Virus record (IMG/VR): IMGVR_UViG_3300014208_000031
Span: 1 to 64,000 of that record
Direction: 5' to 3' (one strand)
Length of the DNA stretch: 64,000 nt
Source: a virus
In this document: positions 29,113 to 39,471 of the stretch, piece by piece
Layout: every line of letters starts with the position of its first letter
How positions within the stretch are numbered: position 1 is the first letter of the stretch
Notes under the pieces: generated by a model
Seen by the model: the letters and a program-made list of their open reading frames with translations, nothing else
What the model was told of the DNA's origin: nothing
Databases searched by the model: none
Program-made: the position numbers and the translations under genes

Positions 29113-30024
29113 ATGAATTATGTTTGTAAGATTTGTAAACAGCAGATAGAGAACAACGGGCATTTTTGGGAAACTCATCGTCAGAAAATTAGTGATTATT
29201 TTAATCAATATGACTCACGTAAGACGGTTGACGGAAAACAAGTTATTTTTAAAGAATCAATAGAAAAATACTTTGAAACAGATTTTAATTCAATTGCAGA
29301 GAGAAATACTTGGGCAAAACAAAATATAGAATTAGCGAAGGAATATTTTATTAATTTACTTATAAAAAGAAAAGAAAAGAAAAGTTTAATTTATGCTCCC
29401 GGCGAAGCATTATTGAGATTGTCTGATTTACCCAAAATAGAATGGTTTAATAAAAATTTTGATAGAGATTATAATCAAATTTGTAAAGATTTAGGTTTTA
29501 AAATAAAATATACCAATTTAAATGTTAATGTTGATTTGACTTCTAAAATTCTTGTTCAAGTCGATACTCGTGAACAAAACTCTTTGATTTTTGGCAGACA
29601 TATTGAAATAATTAGTAAAAAATTAGACTATGGAGATATTGCGTTAATAGATAATACAAAAATAGCTGTCGAAAGAAAAAGTTTGAATGATCTTTGTGGT
29701 ACAATTGGAACAAATGGATATGAAAGGTTTAAACGGGAATTGAACCGCGCAAAAAAAGATAAGGGATATTTAGTTATTCTATGCGAGTCAAGTCTAAACG
29801 ATTTTAAATCAATCGAATTTTTACCCCAAACTAAAAGAGTAAAGGCAAGTTATTCTTGGCTAGCCAAGAGAATTCGTGATTTGTATTTAGAGTTTGATAA
29901 TATACAATTTGTTTTTTGTGAAGGGAGAAAACATGCAGTAAAAATTACTGAAATTATTTTAAAATTAGGTAAAAAAATAAAAAAAACCGATATTCAATTT
30001 CTAATCGACTCTAAAAGGATATAA
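29113..30024 (+). CDS. ERCC4/XPF-family nuclease with N-terminal Zn finger (likely start ATG 29113)
   Basis: VDTREQ, LDYGDI, IAVERKSLNDL, RFKREL; N-terminal CKIC..H..H. Confidence 0.85.
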   Translation: MNYVCKICKQQIENNGHFWETHRQKISDYFNQYDSRKTVDGKQVIFKESIEKYFETDFNSIAERNTWAKQNIELAKEYFINLLIKRKEKKSLIYAPGEALLRLSDLPKIEWFNKNFDRDYNQICKDLGFKIKYTNLNVNVDLTSKILVQVDTREQNSLIFGRHIEIISKKLDYGDIALIDNTKIAVERKSLNDLCGTIGTNGYERFKRELNRAKKDKGYLVILCESSLNDFKSIEFLPQTKRVKASYSWLAKRIRDLYLEFDNIQFVFCEGRKHAVKITEIILKLGKKIKKTDIQFLIDSKRI

Positions 30025-30031
30025 TATTTAT

Positions 30032-33000
30032 ATGTCTTTTATCGAATCCCCAGCCTCGCCCAAAATTATTACAGATGTAAATGCTGAAATTTTATCCTTA
30101 CAAGGTTTTTTAGAGGATGAGCCAAATAAATATTATTTAGCGAAATTTTTAGAAAATAATTTAGCATTTACGATGAATTTACTCACGGGCGCGGATGGTA
30201 AAGGAATTGAGATGTATCCATTTCAAGAAATTTTACTCAAAATGTTATTTGACAAGGATAATGTTTTAACTATATGCGGAAGAGGTATCGGGAAATGTCT
30301 TCAGTATTCTAATTCAACATATTTAATAGAAAAAAATACGGGTTTTTCTCATATTAAAAATATTTTGCCTAATTTAAAATTTAATCAAGATGAAGAATTA
30401 GAAAATATAAATCGGTTAGAATTATGGAATGGGGACTCTTGGCAATCAACATCTAGAATTCTAAAACAGTCAAAAAAAGATAGCGCCACGGTAGTTACAA
30501 GTTTGGGGTATAAATTAGGGGGATCAACTAATCATCTGATTAAAGTTTTAGATGAAAAAATATGTAGAATAGTTTGGAAACGTTATCACGAATTAAAGAT
30601 AGGGGATAAAATTTGCGTAGATAGAAGTGAGCCCGAGTGGGAAATAGAATCTATAGAGGACGACGAAGCTTATTTTGTCGGATTGCTTTTGGGAGATGGA
30701 TGTATCTCTGCTAGAGCTTATTCTATATCTTCAGCAGATAAACAAACAATTGATTTTTGCGTAGAAAAATATAAGTGTAAAATTATTCCAGACAAAAGAT
30801 CGTCTGCGTGTTGCTCTATAAGAGTTAATACTGAAATCAGTCAATGGTATAAACAAAAATATGATTTTAAAGAGGAATTATCTTATTTCAAAAAGATACC
30901 GCAAAGAATATTAAAATCTAAAAAAGCTACAAAGAATTGCCTTCAAGGTTTATTTGATTGTGATGGGTCGGTTTGCAAAAATGGTACAATTATAGATTTT
31001 TGCTCAACCTCGGAAGAAATGGCATACCAAGTTCATACGCTGCTTCTGACTTTTGGGATTACTAGTAGAATTCGATTAAAAACAACAAAATCTAAATTTG
31101 GTAAAGCTTGGTTGGTTTATATTACCGGGGAAAATTGTAAGAAATTTATGGAGAAGATAGGTTTTAGACTATCTAGAAAAAATAATTTAGCTTTAAAATA
31201 TTTAGCGTTAAATAAAAAATTTAATACTAATAATAATGTTGTTTACGGTGCTAATGAACAGATGTCTCTTGTTAAGAAATCTTTAAAGATGATTGGTGAA
31301 ATGTCAAATGAATGGCATACCAAACATAGAAAAAGAAGAAAAAGTCAGCAGAAAGAAATTAGTTATGAACGACTAAGTAGTGTATTAGATTTTTTTAAAC
31401 GGAATGAAGTAAATAATGACATTATCAATGATTTATTGGAAATAGAAAAAACTAATTATTTTTTTGATCCAATTGTATCAATAGAATTATATCAAGATGA
31501 TTGCATTGATTTTTGTGATATTCCTAATGGAAATTGTTATTGGTCTAATGGTTTTTTAAGTCACAATACAACTATTGCCGTTTGGTTTATTGCGCTGTAT
31601 TGCATTTTATACCCTAAGACTAAGATAGGAATACTTTCACCGAGCTTTCGTAAATCACGAGATATTTACAAGGGCGTTGAGGATTTAGCTGGAATGAAGG
31701 GCGCGCATTTATTGAGACAATGTATTAAAGATAAAAAACAAGCGCCGGATTTGTGTTGGATGCAGTTTGAAAACGGTTCAGAAATATTTAGTTTGCCTTT
31801 AGGATCGAGCGGCGAAAAAATTCGCGGCTACAGATTCCAGGTCGTAATTTTGGATGAAGCCGGGTTCGTACCAGAAAAAATTATTACAAATGTTATAATT
31901 CCCTTTTTGAGTACAAACTTTGATCCAATAGAGAGAGAAAAAACCAGAAATAGAGAAAATGATTTGATTGCTAAAGGTTTAATGACGGAATCGGATAGGA
32001 TGATATATAAGAATAATAAATTTTTAGCCTTTAGTTCGGCAACATATCAATTTGAATTTTTATATCAAATGTATAAGAATTATAAAAAATCTATTCTTGA
32101 TCCAAAGCCAGACCAGTTTGCTTCTTATGGTTTATTTCAGATGAGTCATGAAGCCGCGCCGGAAGGATTATTAAATAAAGCTTCTACAGAAAATGCTAAA
32201 AATTCTCTTTCTTCAATGGAATTTCAAAAAGAATATTGCGGTCAATTTCCGGCGGACTCAGATAGCTATTTTAAGATGTCTAAAATGGAAGATGCAACCG
32301 TACCATCAGGCGAAGACCCATCTATTGAGATAGTAGGAGAGAAAAATGGTAAATATTTGGTTTCTATTGACCCCAACAGTATGAACGACGCGACCTCAAG
32401 CGATCATTTTGCGATTTCTGTATTTAAGTTAAACATGGAAGACAATACAACTGTTTTGGTTAATCAGTTTGCCGCATGTGAGCTAAATATCATAGATTAT
32501 GTTTGGTATTTTTCATATATTCTAGAAAATTTTAATGTTGTTATGGTGGTACTAGATGAAGCTGGTGGCGGGACTTTTATAAATGTTTGTAACGAATCCA
32601 TTCAATTTAAAGAAAAGAATTTAAGGTTAGAATTTTTTAGTGCAGATTTTGATGTTGATCCTAAAGAATATGTCAAAGAATTAAATAGGGCTAGACGAGA
32701 CTATAACCTAACCAGTAAAAAGATTTGCTATTCTCAATATTTTCTTAATCCATTTAAATTAGCCGCCAACGAGCATTTAAAATATTGTATTGAATATAAG
32801 AAAATGCTTTTTGCTTCAAAACCACATGAGATTAAAGAGGAAAAAATGTTGAAAACTCATATTCCAAATTTTGATAAACTTAAATTTATATCTGGAGAAG
32901 ACTTTGATCAAAAAATGTCTAACGATGATATGCAAAAAATTAGAAGACAGGATTTTATAGACCATCAAGTATTTTTAATGAAAGATGTAAAATGTCAATG

Positions 33001-33211
33001 TGCTCTTATAGAATTAAGACCAGAAGGAAACAGTATTAAACTTGAATTACCATCAAATATTCGTCGTTTGCGTGGCATTAATATGGTGCGTCGCGATTTG
33101 TGGACGAGCCTATTTTTAGGAAATTATATGGCTAAGAGATATTTTGATATGATGTCCACGGACGACAGATTCAACTATAATTCCAACTGGACTCCTTCAA
33201 TCGTAGGTTAA
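30032..33211 (+). CDS. terL: Terminase large subunit containing an intein
   Basis: Walker A GRGIGK|T split by the intein, IRG, Walker B VVILDEA, EYCGQF, nuclease motifs VSIDP and DHFAI. Confidence 0.92.
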   Translation: MSFIESPASPKIITDVNAEILSLQGFLEDEPNKYYLAKFLENNLAFTMNLLTGADGKGIEMYPFQEILLKMLFDKDNVLTICGRGIGKCLQYSNSTYLIEKNTGFSHIKNILPNLKFNQDEELENINRLELWNGDSWQSTSRILKQSKKDSATVVTSLGYKLGGSTNHLIKVLDEKICRIVWKRYHELKIGDKICVDRSEPEWEIESIEDDEAYFVGLLLGDGCISARAYSISSADKQTIDFCVEKYKCKIIPDKRSSACCSIRVNTEISQWYKQKYDFKEELSYFKKIPQRILKSKKATKNCLQGLFDCDGSVCKNGTIIDFCSTSEEMAYQVHTLLLTFGITSRIRLKTTKSKFGKAWLVYITGENCKKFMEKIGFRLSRKNNLALKYLALNKKFNTNNNVVYGANEQMSLVKKSLKMIGEMSNEWHTKHRKRRKSQQKEISYERLSSVLDFFKRNEVNNDIINDLLEIEKTNYFFDPIVSIELYQDDCIDFCDIPNGNCYWSNGFLSHNTTIAVWFIALYCILYPKTKIGILSPSFRKSRDIYKGVEDLAGMKGAHLLRQCIKDKKQAPDLCWMQFENGSEIFSLPLGSSGEKIRGYRFQVVILDEAGFVPEKIITNVIIPFLSTNFDPIEREKTRNRENDLIAKGLMTESDRMIYKNNKFLAFSSATYQFEFLYQMYKNYKKSILDPKPDQFASYGLFQMSHEAAPEGLLNKASTENAKNSLSSMEFQKEYCGQFPADSDSYFKMSKMEDATVPSGEDPSIEIVGEKNGKYLVSIDPNSMNDATSSDHFAISVFKLNMEDNTTVLVNQFAACELNIIDYVWYFSYILENFNVVMVVLDEAGGGTFINVCNESIQFKEKNLRLEFFSADFDVDPKEYVKELNRARRDYNLTSKKICYSQYFLNPFKLAANEHLKYCIEYKKMLFASKPHEIKEEKMLKTHIPNFDKLKFISGEDFDQKMSNDDMQKIRRQDFIDHQVFLMKDVKCQCALIELRPEGNSIKLELPSNIRRLRGINMVRRDLWTSLFLGNYMAKRYFDMMSTDDRFNYNSNWTPSIVG
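30296..31567 (+). mobile_element. Intein (424 aa) with LAGLIDADG endonuclease, inserted in the terminase P-loop
   Basis: Begins GK|CL and ends SHN|T; motifs FVGLLLGDG and LQGLFDCDG. Confidence 0.93.
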
Positions 33212-33280
33212 TATTTTCTATAATAAAAGTATATAGTTTAAATAAACCAAAGATTAAAGTGTAAATAAATTGTACTAATT

Positions 33281-35248
33281 ATGGCGCGCCCCAAAAAACA
33301 ACAAACACCAATCGAAATTCCAATAAATCAAGGAGTTCCAGCTAAGGTGGTTTACGAACCACATAATTTACCCGCTCAGATGTGCGGAACTTCTTACGCC
33401 GCCCAAGAATTCACTCATGAATCTCTAGCTTCAATCCCTTACAATCGGGCCGGGGACGATTGCGGAGCTTCTTCCGAATTAAGTTATCTTAAATATAATA
33501 ATTTAGTTAATCGAACAACCCCTTACTCTGAAACTAACGGTTTTTGGAATATTCGTAACTCTGTAGTTTTGTGTCAAACGGCGTGGAGGGAAGTCCCCGT
33601 TTTTAATCAAACCATAGAAACTATGACTATTTTAGCCAATACTAATATAGTTTGGCGCGGCGGCTCGGATAAATGCAAGAAGTTTTTGAAAGTTTGGTGG
33701 AACAAAATTCGCGGACATAATCTTAATGAGCAACTTTTAAGAGAATTATTTAGATCAAGTAATGTATTTGTGTACAGATATGATGGGGGGATTAAAAGTA
33801 ATAAAATCAATAAGTTTGTTTTAGGCGAAGAAACTACAGAAAAAATTAAAGATAAAGAGTTAGAAAAAAGTGAAGCCGCCAAAACTATCGACATTCCAGT
33901 TAAATACGAAGTTTTAAATCCGGCGGATATTTGTTGTGCTAGTAACTATTCTTTAAGTTTTACTCCTAGTTATTATAGGTTTTTTGATCAAAGCACTAAA
34001 CAGCGCCTATTGGAGATGCAAAAAAACAAAGATATTCCTATTAGACTAGACGAAGAGTTATTAAAGTTTTTAAAGGGCAATATTAGTGCTAAACCTTTAG
34101 AACCGGAAAAAATAAGTGCAATTTTTTACCATAAACAAGATTACGAACCTTTTGCTATGCCAATGGGTTATCCAGTATTGGAAGATATTAATCTTAAATT
34201 AGAGTTTAAAAAATGTGATACTATTGTAAGTAAAACTGTTGAATCAATTATCATGTTAGTTACTCACGGTGCCGAACCTGATAAGGGTGGAATGAATCCT
34301 ATTTTAGATACCGCATTAAAAACCTTATTTTCTACTAAGCAAACCGGGCGGACACTTATTTCGGATTACACTACTAAAATTGACTTTATTATCCCCGATT
34401 TAAAAAAGGTAATTGGTCCGGAAAAATACTTAAAACTAGACCAAGACATTAATGATGGTTTAATGAATATTTTCTTTGGTGATCAAAAGTTTGCAAATAT
34501 CATGGTCAAGTTACGAGTATTTGTAGCTATACTTACTTATGCTCAAGAATTATTAATCAATGAGTTTTTACAAAAAGAAATAAATAGGGTTTGTAAATTA
34601 GTTGGATATGGAGAGGAAGAGATACCTACGATTAAATTTTCCAAGCTACAATTGGAAGACCCTTCCCAATCTCAAAGAATAATAGCTCAATTTTCTCAAT
34701 TAGGCTTATTGAGCGCAGAAGAAACATTTGAAGCAGTAAAAACTGGTATATTCCCAACCAAAGAAGAATCTGAAAAAAGTCAAGAAAACTATAAAAAATT
34801 AAGAGATAAAGAATACTATTTCCCGTTGGTTGGCGGCTCTCAAGAAAAAGAGGCAACTGTTAATGGTCGTCCGGCGGGCTCAAGTGGAATTTCTAAGAAA
34901 AAAGTTAATCCGGGTTTTAAGGGTGGAAGTTCGGGGTCATTTGATGTTATAAAATTCAAACGAAATATTTTATTGGCTAATGAAGTAGTTAACGAAATAG
35001 AAAAAGAATATAAAGCTAAGTTTCACAGAAAAAAACTAATAGACAAAGACCAAGAGATTATCAAAATTGTTTCTACTCATTTATTTACGAATGAAGCCGC
35101 CGAGAATTGGAAAGAAAGTATTGGTAGGTATTTAAATGAGAATTTACCCGAGCCTAATATAGAAAATATTGGAATAATAGAAGAGATTAAAGAAGAAAAT
35201 GGGACGGATGAAATTACTAGTGCGTTACTAATGTGGAGTAAAATATAA
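33281..35248 (+). CDS. Probable portal protein
   Basis: 655 aa directly after terL; HKQDYEPFAMPMGYPVLEDI resembles the portal signature; late motif at 33258. Confidence 0.75.
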   Translation: MARPKKQQTPIEIPINQGVPAKVVYEPHNLPAQMCGTSYAAQEFTHESLASIPYNRAGDDCGASSELSYLKYNNLVNRTTPYSETNGFWNIRNSVVLCQTAWREVPVFNQTIETMTILANTNIVWRGGSDKCKKFLKVWWNKIRGHNLNEQLLRELFRSSNVFVYRYDGGIKSNKINKFVLGEETTEKIKDKELEKSEAAKTIDIPVKYEVLNPADICCASNYSLSFTPSYYRFFDQSTKQRLLEMQKNKDIPIRLDEELLKFLKGNISAKPLEPEKISAIFYHKQDYEPFAMPMGYPVLEDINLKLEFKKCDTIVSKTVESIIMLVTHGAEPDKGGMNPILDTALKTLFSTKQTGRTLISDYTTKIDFIIPDLKKVIGPEKYLKLDQDINDGLMNIFFGDQKFANIMVKLRVFVAILTYAQELLINEFLQKEINRVCKLVGYGEEEIPTIKFSKLQLEDPSQSQRIIAQFSQLGLLSAEETFEAVKTGIFPTKEESEKSQENYKKLRDKEYYFPLVGGSQEKEATVNGRPAGSSGISKKKVNPGFKGGSSGSFDVIKFKRNILLANEVVNEIEKEYKAKFHRKKLIDKDQEIIKIVSTHLFTNEAAENWKESIGRYLNENLPEPNIENIGIIEEIKEENGTDEITSALLMWSKI

Positions 35249-35499
35249 TGAATAAATTCCAACCAATTACTCCTAATCATCATATACATAAATTTCATAC
35301 TTGTGTTAAATTACCATTTTTAAAAGATGGATACCAAAGAATTTTAGATAAAATAAGGTACGGTCGTGCGGACTTATTATCAGTTTCAGAGTTTAATGGA
35401 TTAAAAGAGTATTTCGTTGAAATAACCTATATAAACGAATCTAAAAATAAAGCTTTGGAATTAGATAGGATAAATAAAAATAATTTAGCTAAGTTATAA
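35248..35499 (+). CDS. Hypothetical protein
   Basis: 83-aa ORF coupled to the portal stop codon. Confidence 0.5.
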   Translation: MNKFQPITPNHHIHKFHTCVKLPFLKDGYQRILDKIRYGRADLLSVSEFNGLKEYFVEITYINESKNKALELDRINKNNLAKL

Positions 35500-35502
35500 T
35501 TT

Positions 35503-37029
35503 ATGGCCGATAACCCTTTCAATATTGCGTTAAAACAACTTAGATCAGAAGAAATTTCTGGTTATTTAGTTTCAGTGTTAAATAATAATTTTACTGGACT
35601 AGCTAACTCTTATCTAGCCGGGGCTAATATTGCTCATCTCACTGGAATAGAAACTTTTACAGAACAAAAAACCTTTGTTGAAAATCCTAATGTTCCATAT
35701 TCAGGGGCTACAGGTCAAGCGCCTAGCCGATTATACGTAGATTATTCTGGCCTTCAACTTCAACTTCAGCTAAACACTTTAGTTAATCTAATGCATATTA
35801 GCGGGTCAGAATATGTAAGCGGGGAAAAAATATTTAATAAAATTTTAATAAACTCCGGAAGATTTACTGGAGTATGTGAGGTTCCTTATCCGGCCAATAA
35901 TAGTGGGGCAATTAGCTTAGAGTATCTTAATAATCAAATAGGAATATTAAATGGCGATTCTTTCGTTAAAACTAGCGGAGATCAAGTTGTTAGTGGAATA
36001 AAAAGTTTTTTTAATGGGGGGTCGGTATATTTGCCTACGGCCACGCAACCATCTGGCGGGGTTCCACTTTCTCAATTAACTAGTACTGGAACTCATATTT
36101 TAAATGTTCTAGCTGCCGCCGATACTAGTTTACAAAACCAAATAACAGCAATAACTCTAACTGGTTTGGCAAATATAACAGGGTTTGCTGGAGTAGCTGC
36201 TATAAATGGCGTATCTGGTTTTATTTTCACGCAAGGACGGGGTACTATCACCACCACTCAAAACGGAAATATACTAAGTATTAGCGGACATAGTTTTCAG
36301 CCTTATACTGGTGCATTTTTAGGTCATGTTAATGTTCTTAGTGGTGTAGATAGACAGTTTATTTCGTATGGTAATTCATATGCAGCAGTTCCATACGTGT
36401 TTACCCAATTAGAAAGTCCATCTGGAAATCCTCAATTACCATATTATGTTTCTGGAAGATCATCTAATGGATTTAATGTTATTTACTCTGGAACGGTAAA
36501 TCATAGTGGTTATGCTATTAGTTATTTTGGCTGGACCGGTTCTGGGTCAGTTATAAATGTAATACAAGGGCCACAGGGAGTATCTGGTTTGTCCGGGGCA
36601 AGTATTGTAGGTCCAGAAGGACCAGCGGGCGTATTTATTAACAGCGGAACAATAACTGGTAATTTCTATACATCTTCATATTTTCTAGATATTGTATACA
36701 CAGGAGTCGATTTGGTTAATTCATTCGTTTTTCGTCCAACGGTTATTACTGGGTGGCAAATTGCCTGCGGAACTACAGGGCGCGGCGGAGCGCATTTAAA
36801 TAGCGGATCAAGTGGCATTGTTTTACAAAGAGAACTTACGGGAAGTATAAATAAAATTGATACTTCTAATAACTCTACATTTATGGGCGGGTTTTCCTTA
36901 AATTCGGGACAGATATATAACTCCGGCTCTTATTTGTTTAATATACCCGCCTATAATAGGATTTCCATAAATATTTTAAGTGGGCTTTCTGGTTTATCCA
37001 ATCTAACTATTGGCCTGGCTGGATATTAA
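35503..37029 (+). CDS. Ser/Gly-rich fibre-like virion protein with short collagen-like segment
   Basis: Repeated (T/S)G..(T/Y/V)..G.K.F units and QGPQGVSG..GPEGPAG. Confidence 0.6.
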   Translation: MADNPFNIALKQLRSEEISGYLVSVLNNNFTGLANSYLAGANIAHLTGIETFTEQKTFVENPNVPYSGATGQAPSRLYVDYSGLQLQLQLNTLVNLMHISGSEYVSGEKIFNKILINSGRFTGVCEVPYPANNSGAISLEYLNNQIGILNGDSFVKTSGDQVVSGIKSFFNGGSVYLPTATQPSGGVPLSQLTSTGTHILNVLAAADTSLQNQITAITLTGLANITGFAGVAAINGVSGFIFTQGRGTITTTQNGNILSISGHSFQPYTGAFLGHVNVLSGVDRQFISYGNSYAAVPYVFTQLESPSGNPQLPYYVSGRSSNGFNVIYSGTVNHSGYAISYFGWTGSGSVINVIQGPQGVSGLSGASIVGPEGPAGVFINSGTITGNFYTSSYFLDIVYTGVDLVNSFVFRPTVITGWQIACGTTGRGGAHLNSGSSGIVLQRELTGSINKIDTSNNSTFMGGFSLNSGQIYNSGSYLFNIPAYNRISINILSGLSGLSNLTIGLAGY

Positions 37030-37032
37030 ATA

Positions 37033-37596
37033 ATGAATGTAATTACTACTAATAAATCTAATGGTTATTATATTCCATATTTAGAAGGTAATGCAGGAAT
37101 GACATTACTCTCTTTAGAGTCTGGCAGTAATGATGATGGATATTATTTACTTCCAAATGGATTAGATTTTGTTTTTCCGTTTTACGATATTGAATACTCG
37201 TCTGATATTTATGTTGGAACTAACTCCTATATTACATTTGGATATGGATCGACTAGTTTAAGTGCTAGCTGTAATTCTCCGGGACGAGGAATATTTTTTA
37301 ATACTAAAGATAATAGCTGTGATAACTTATATTTTCTAAAAGAAAAAAATAGATTAAGGATAAGATTTGAAGGGTATAATGCTACAAGTGGCACCCCACC
37401 GTATACATTTGTATGGGAATGCTCTTTATGGAGAAATGGTAATATTACTCTTGTAACTGGAGATATTGAGAATCTAGAAGCTTCTTTTACTGGAATGACC
37501 GATGATTTAGGAAATTGTCAGCAGTTTTCAATAAGCCCCAACAAAACGTTTGTTTTTATAAAAAATGGTAGTTTTTATAATGTTATTACTAAGTAG
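37033..37596 (+). CDS. Nidogen(NIDO)-like domain protein
   Basis: FVFPFYDIEYSSDIYVGTNSYITFG motif. Confidence 0.5.
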   Translation: MNVITTNKSNGYYIPYLEGNAGMTLLSLESGSNDDGYYLLPNGLDFVFPFYDIEYSSDIYVGTNSYITFGYGSTSLSASCNSPGRGIFFNTKDNSCDNLYFLKEKNRLRIRFEGYNATSGTPPYTFVWECSLWRNGNITLVTGDIENLEASFTGMTDDLGNCQQFSISPNKTFVFIKNGSFYNVITK

Positions 37597-37927
37597 CATC
37601 TGTTTTATATCTTTAGTATTATTTTTATTATTTGATACAAATGTTATTGCAGATTATTGTAAATTTTTAAAGTTAAATCCACCTCATTTTAAAGAGTATC
37701 TAGAGATAGAAAAGAATGGCGGCAGCGCTCACTATTTAAAGTTTGTTAGAGGTGTTTATCATAATAACTTTTTTATTAAATTAATTTCTTGTTCAACATG
37801 CTTGTCTGTTTGGCTATCTTTAATTTTATCTTTAATTTCTTTTAATCTTTTAAATTATCCGATAATTAACGCGGGCGGGCTTTTAACATATTTCCTTTTA
37901 AAACTTTTATACAAATTTTCTAGTTAA
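37565..37927 (+). CDS. Membrane protein with CxxC..W motif (DUF1360-like)
   Basis: TM segments and KLISCSTCLSVW. Confidence 0.5.
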   Translation: MVVFIMLLLSSICFISLVLFLLFDTNVIADYCKFLKLNPPHFKEYLEIEKNGGSAHYLKFVRGVYHNNFFIKLISCSTCLSVWLSLILSLISFNLLNYPIINAGGLLTYFLLKLLYKFSS

Positions 37928-37995
37928 AGTATATATTAGAATAAGCAGTTAAAATAAAATTATGAATGAAAATAAAAATATAGATAACCAATCAA

Positions 37996-38120
37996 ATCTA
38001 ACGACCCAAAGATCAGCGACAGCGGAGGAAGGCGCGATGCCTGCACGGCGGGCGGGCCAAGTGGAGGCGGAAGCAGGCAGCGTGCCTGACGTAGCTGTTC
38101 GCTGCATCGCTTGGTTAGGC
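37996..38120 (-). repeat. attC: attC site (125 bp) of the integron cassette
   Basis: Minus strand: R'' GCCTAAC, CAAGC, L'' GATGCAGC, GAACAGC ... GCTGTC, L' GCTGATC, TTTGGGTC, R' GTTAGAT; two unpaired bases in the R''/L'' arm. Confidence 0.92.
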
Positions 38121-38165
38121 GATTTGTGGAGGGATTGGAAAAAGATATTGTGCGTATCTGGCGGA

Positions 38166-38582
38166 CTATTTCTTACCGCCTTCCTGAGTTTTGGTATCTA
38201 CGCTTGGCTTTGGTATGGGATCGACAGTTATATCTTTCGTCTTTGGGTTGTTGTTGATTACGGGATTGGATATGTTGGTGCCGGTATCGTTCTGTGTAGT
38301 CTTTGGCGGCTTCATAAGAGTTTGGCAGCTAACAATACACGATGGAACGCCGAGTATGATCGTGACTACGGTGAGAGCCGTAATGACAAAAGTTAAGCAC
38401 CGAATGGATTCGTTAAGTTTAACGCTTTTTTCCGCGTAAGTTCCCGCTCGCTTATCTAGTTCCGTTAATAATTGTGCTAATGCGTCAAGAATTAGTAGCA
38501 GTCCGGGGTTCTTCCCGGACGGATCATTCTTCTTGTTAGCTTCTATTATTTTCAATAAGTCTTCGGGGTCCATTTGCGGCAT
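38166..38582 (-). CDS. Cassette gene 3: single-TM protein
   Basis: TM segment LTFVITALTVVTIILGVPSCIV; ends 45 bp before attC. Confidence 0.65.
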   Translation of the reverse strand: MPQMDPEDLLKIIEANKKNDPSGKNPGLLLILDALAQLLTELDKRAGTYAEKSVKLNESIRCLTFVITALTVVTIILGVPSCIVSCQTLMKPPKTTQNDTGTNISNPVINNNPKTKDITVDPIPKPSVDTKTQEGGKK

Positions 38583-39149
38583 TTAGTGTTTGCTGCACTG
38601 ATAGAAAATAAGTGGAATAACGAAGACGATAACAAAAGCCCATCTGAGAACGCCGAGATGAGATGTTGCCTTCTGTTGTTCTTCGACAACCTGCTTTAGC
38701 AGTTGGGATTCGCTGCTTGAAGAGAATTGCCATTTGTCGTTCTGGCAAAACTTCTTGACGGGTTTCCATTCTCCAAGGTCTTTGTGGTAGAAAAGTGTGT
38801 CGGAAGTTATGGAGCCCGCGTTCCACATTGAACGAATTTGGGCGGGTGCAAATGGGCCGCTTTGCTGGCCGTCCTTGCTTAAATAGCATTCAGCGTTTGG
38901 GTGCGGACTACTTTCTGCCTCCTCAATTGAATAATTGCTGACATACGGCGCGAACTGAGGGAACTTTTTAATCGGAATATAACTACTTCCTGACCAGAAA
39001 CCGCATTCTCGGCATAGAGCTTTAACCGTGATGCGGGTTCGTTCTTTACACAAAGCAATAATGAAATCCTCCGACTCATCTTGGATGATTTCAACCCCAT
39101 CTACTGAAATGGCATACGTCTTTGGCTTCGGATTTTTAGGTGCGGCCAT
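38583..39149 (-). CDS. Cassette gene 2: GYF_2 (DUF4339) domain protein with C-terminal TM (likely start MAAPK at 39149)
   Basis: YLSKDGQQSGPF...IRSMWNAGSITSDTLFYHKDLGEWKPV. Confidence 0.8.
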   Translation of the reverse strand: MAAPKNPKPKTYAISVDGVEIIQDESEDFIIALCKERTRITVKALCRECGFWSGSSYIPIKKFPQFAPYVSNYSIEEAESSPHPNAECYLSKDGQQSGPFAPAQIRSMWNAGSITSDTLFYHKDLGEWKPVKKFCQNDKWQFSSSSESQLLKQVVEEQQKATSHLGVLRWAFVIVFVIPLIFYQCSKH

Positions 39150-39185
39150 AAAAAGTGTAAAGGAATAGTATGAAAACAAACGATA

Positions 39186-39410
39186 CTACTTCATCAAACG
39201 CGATAGCTGGCTTGAAATCTCTTTTAGATTCTTTGACTCATTTGCGATGTTTTTGGACAGAGCAGTTAGCTCTGCACGAACTTCGGGATTCAAGTTTGGC
39301 AAATGCTCGGCAACCAGCGCATACAAACCAGAGTGAGAAGTAATTAGGTCTGAAAGATACGTCCCGAGCTTAGATGTAAAATCGAGCAAAACTTGTTCGT
39401 TGTCAGTCAT
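39186..39410 (-). CDS. Cassette gene 1: small helical protein (74 aa)
   Basis: First ORF after the crossover point, with an A-rich leader. Confidence 0.65.
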   Translation of the reverse strand: MTDNEQVLLDFTSKLGTYLSDLITSHSGLYALVAEHLPNLNPEVRAELTALSKNIANESKNLKEISSQLSRLMK

Positions 39411-39471
39411 AGTGTTGGTTTTTTTGTTTCTTAATTTACGTATGGAAATTTAGGGGAGACTTGGGGGAATA

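Noticed and set aside
30774-39161. AGTGTAAA copies at 30774 (intein) and 39154 (cassette)
   Set aside because: No co-oriented start nearby and no upstream box; compatible with chance in AT-rich DNA.
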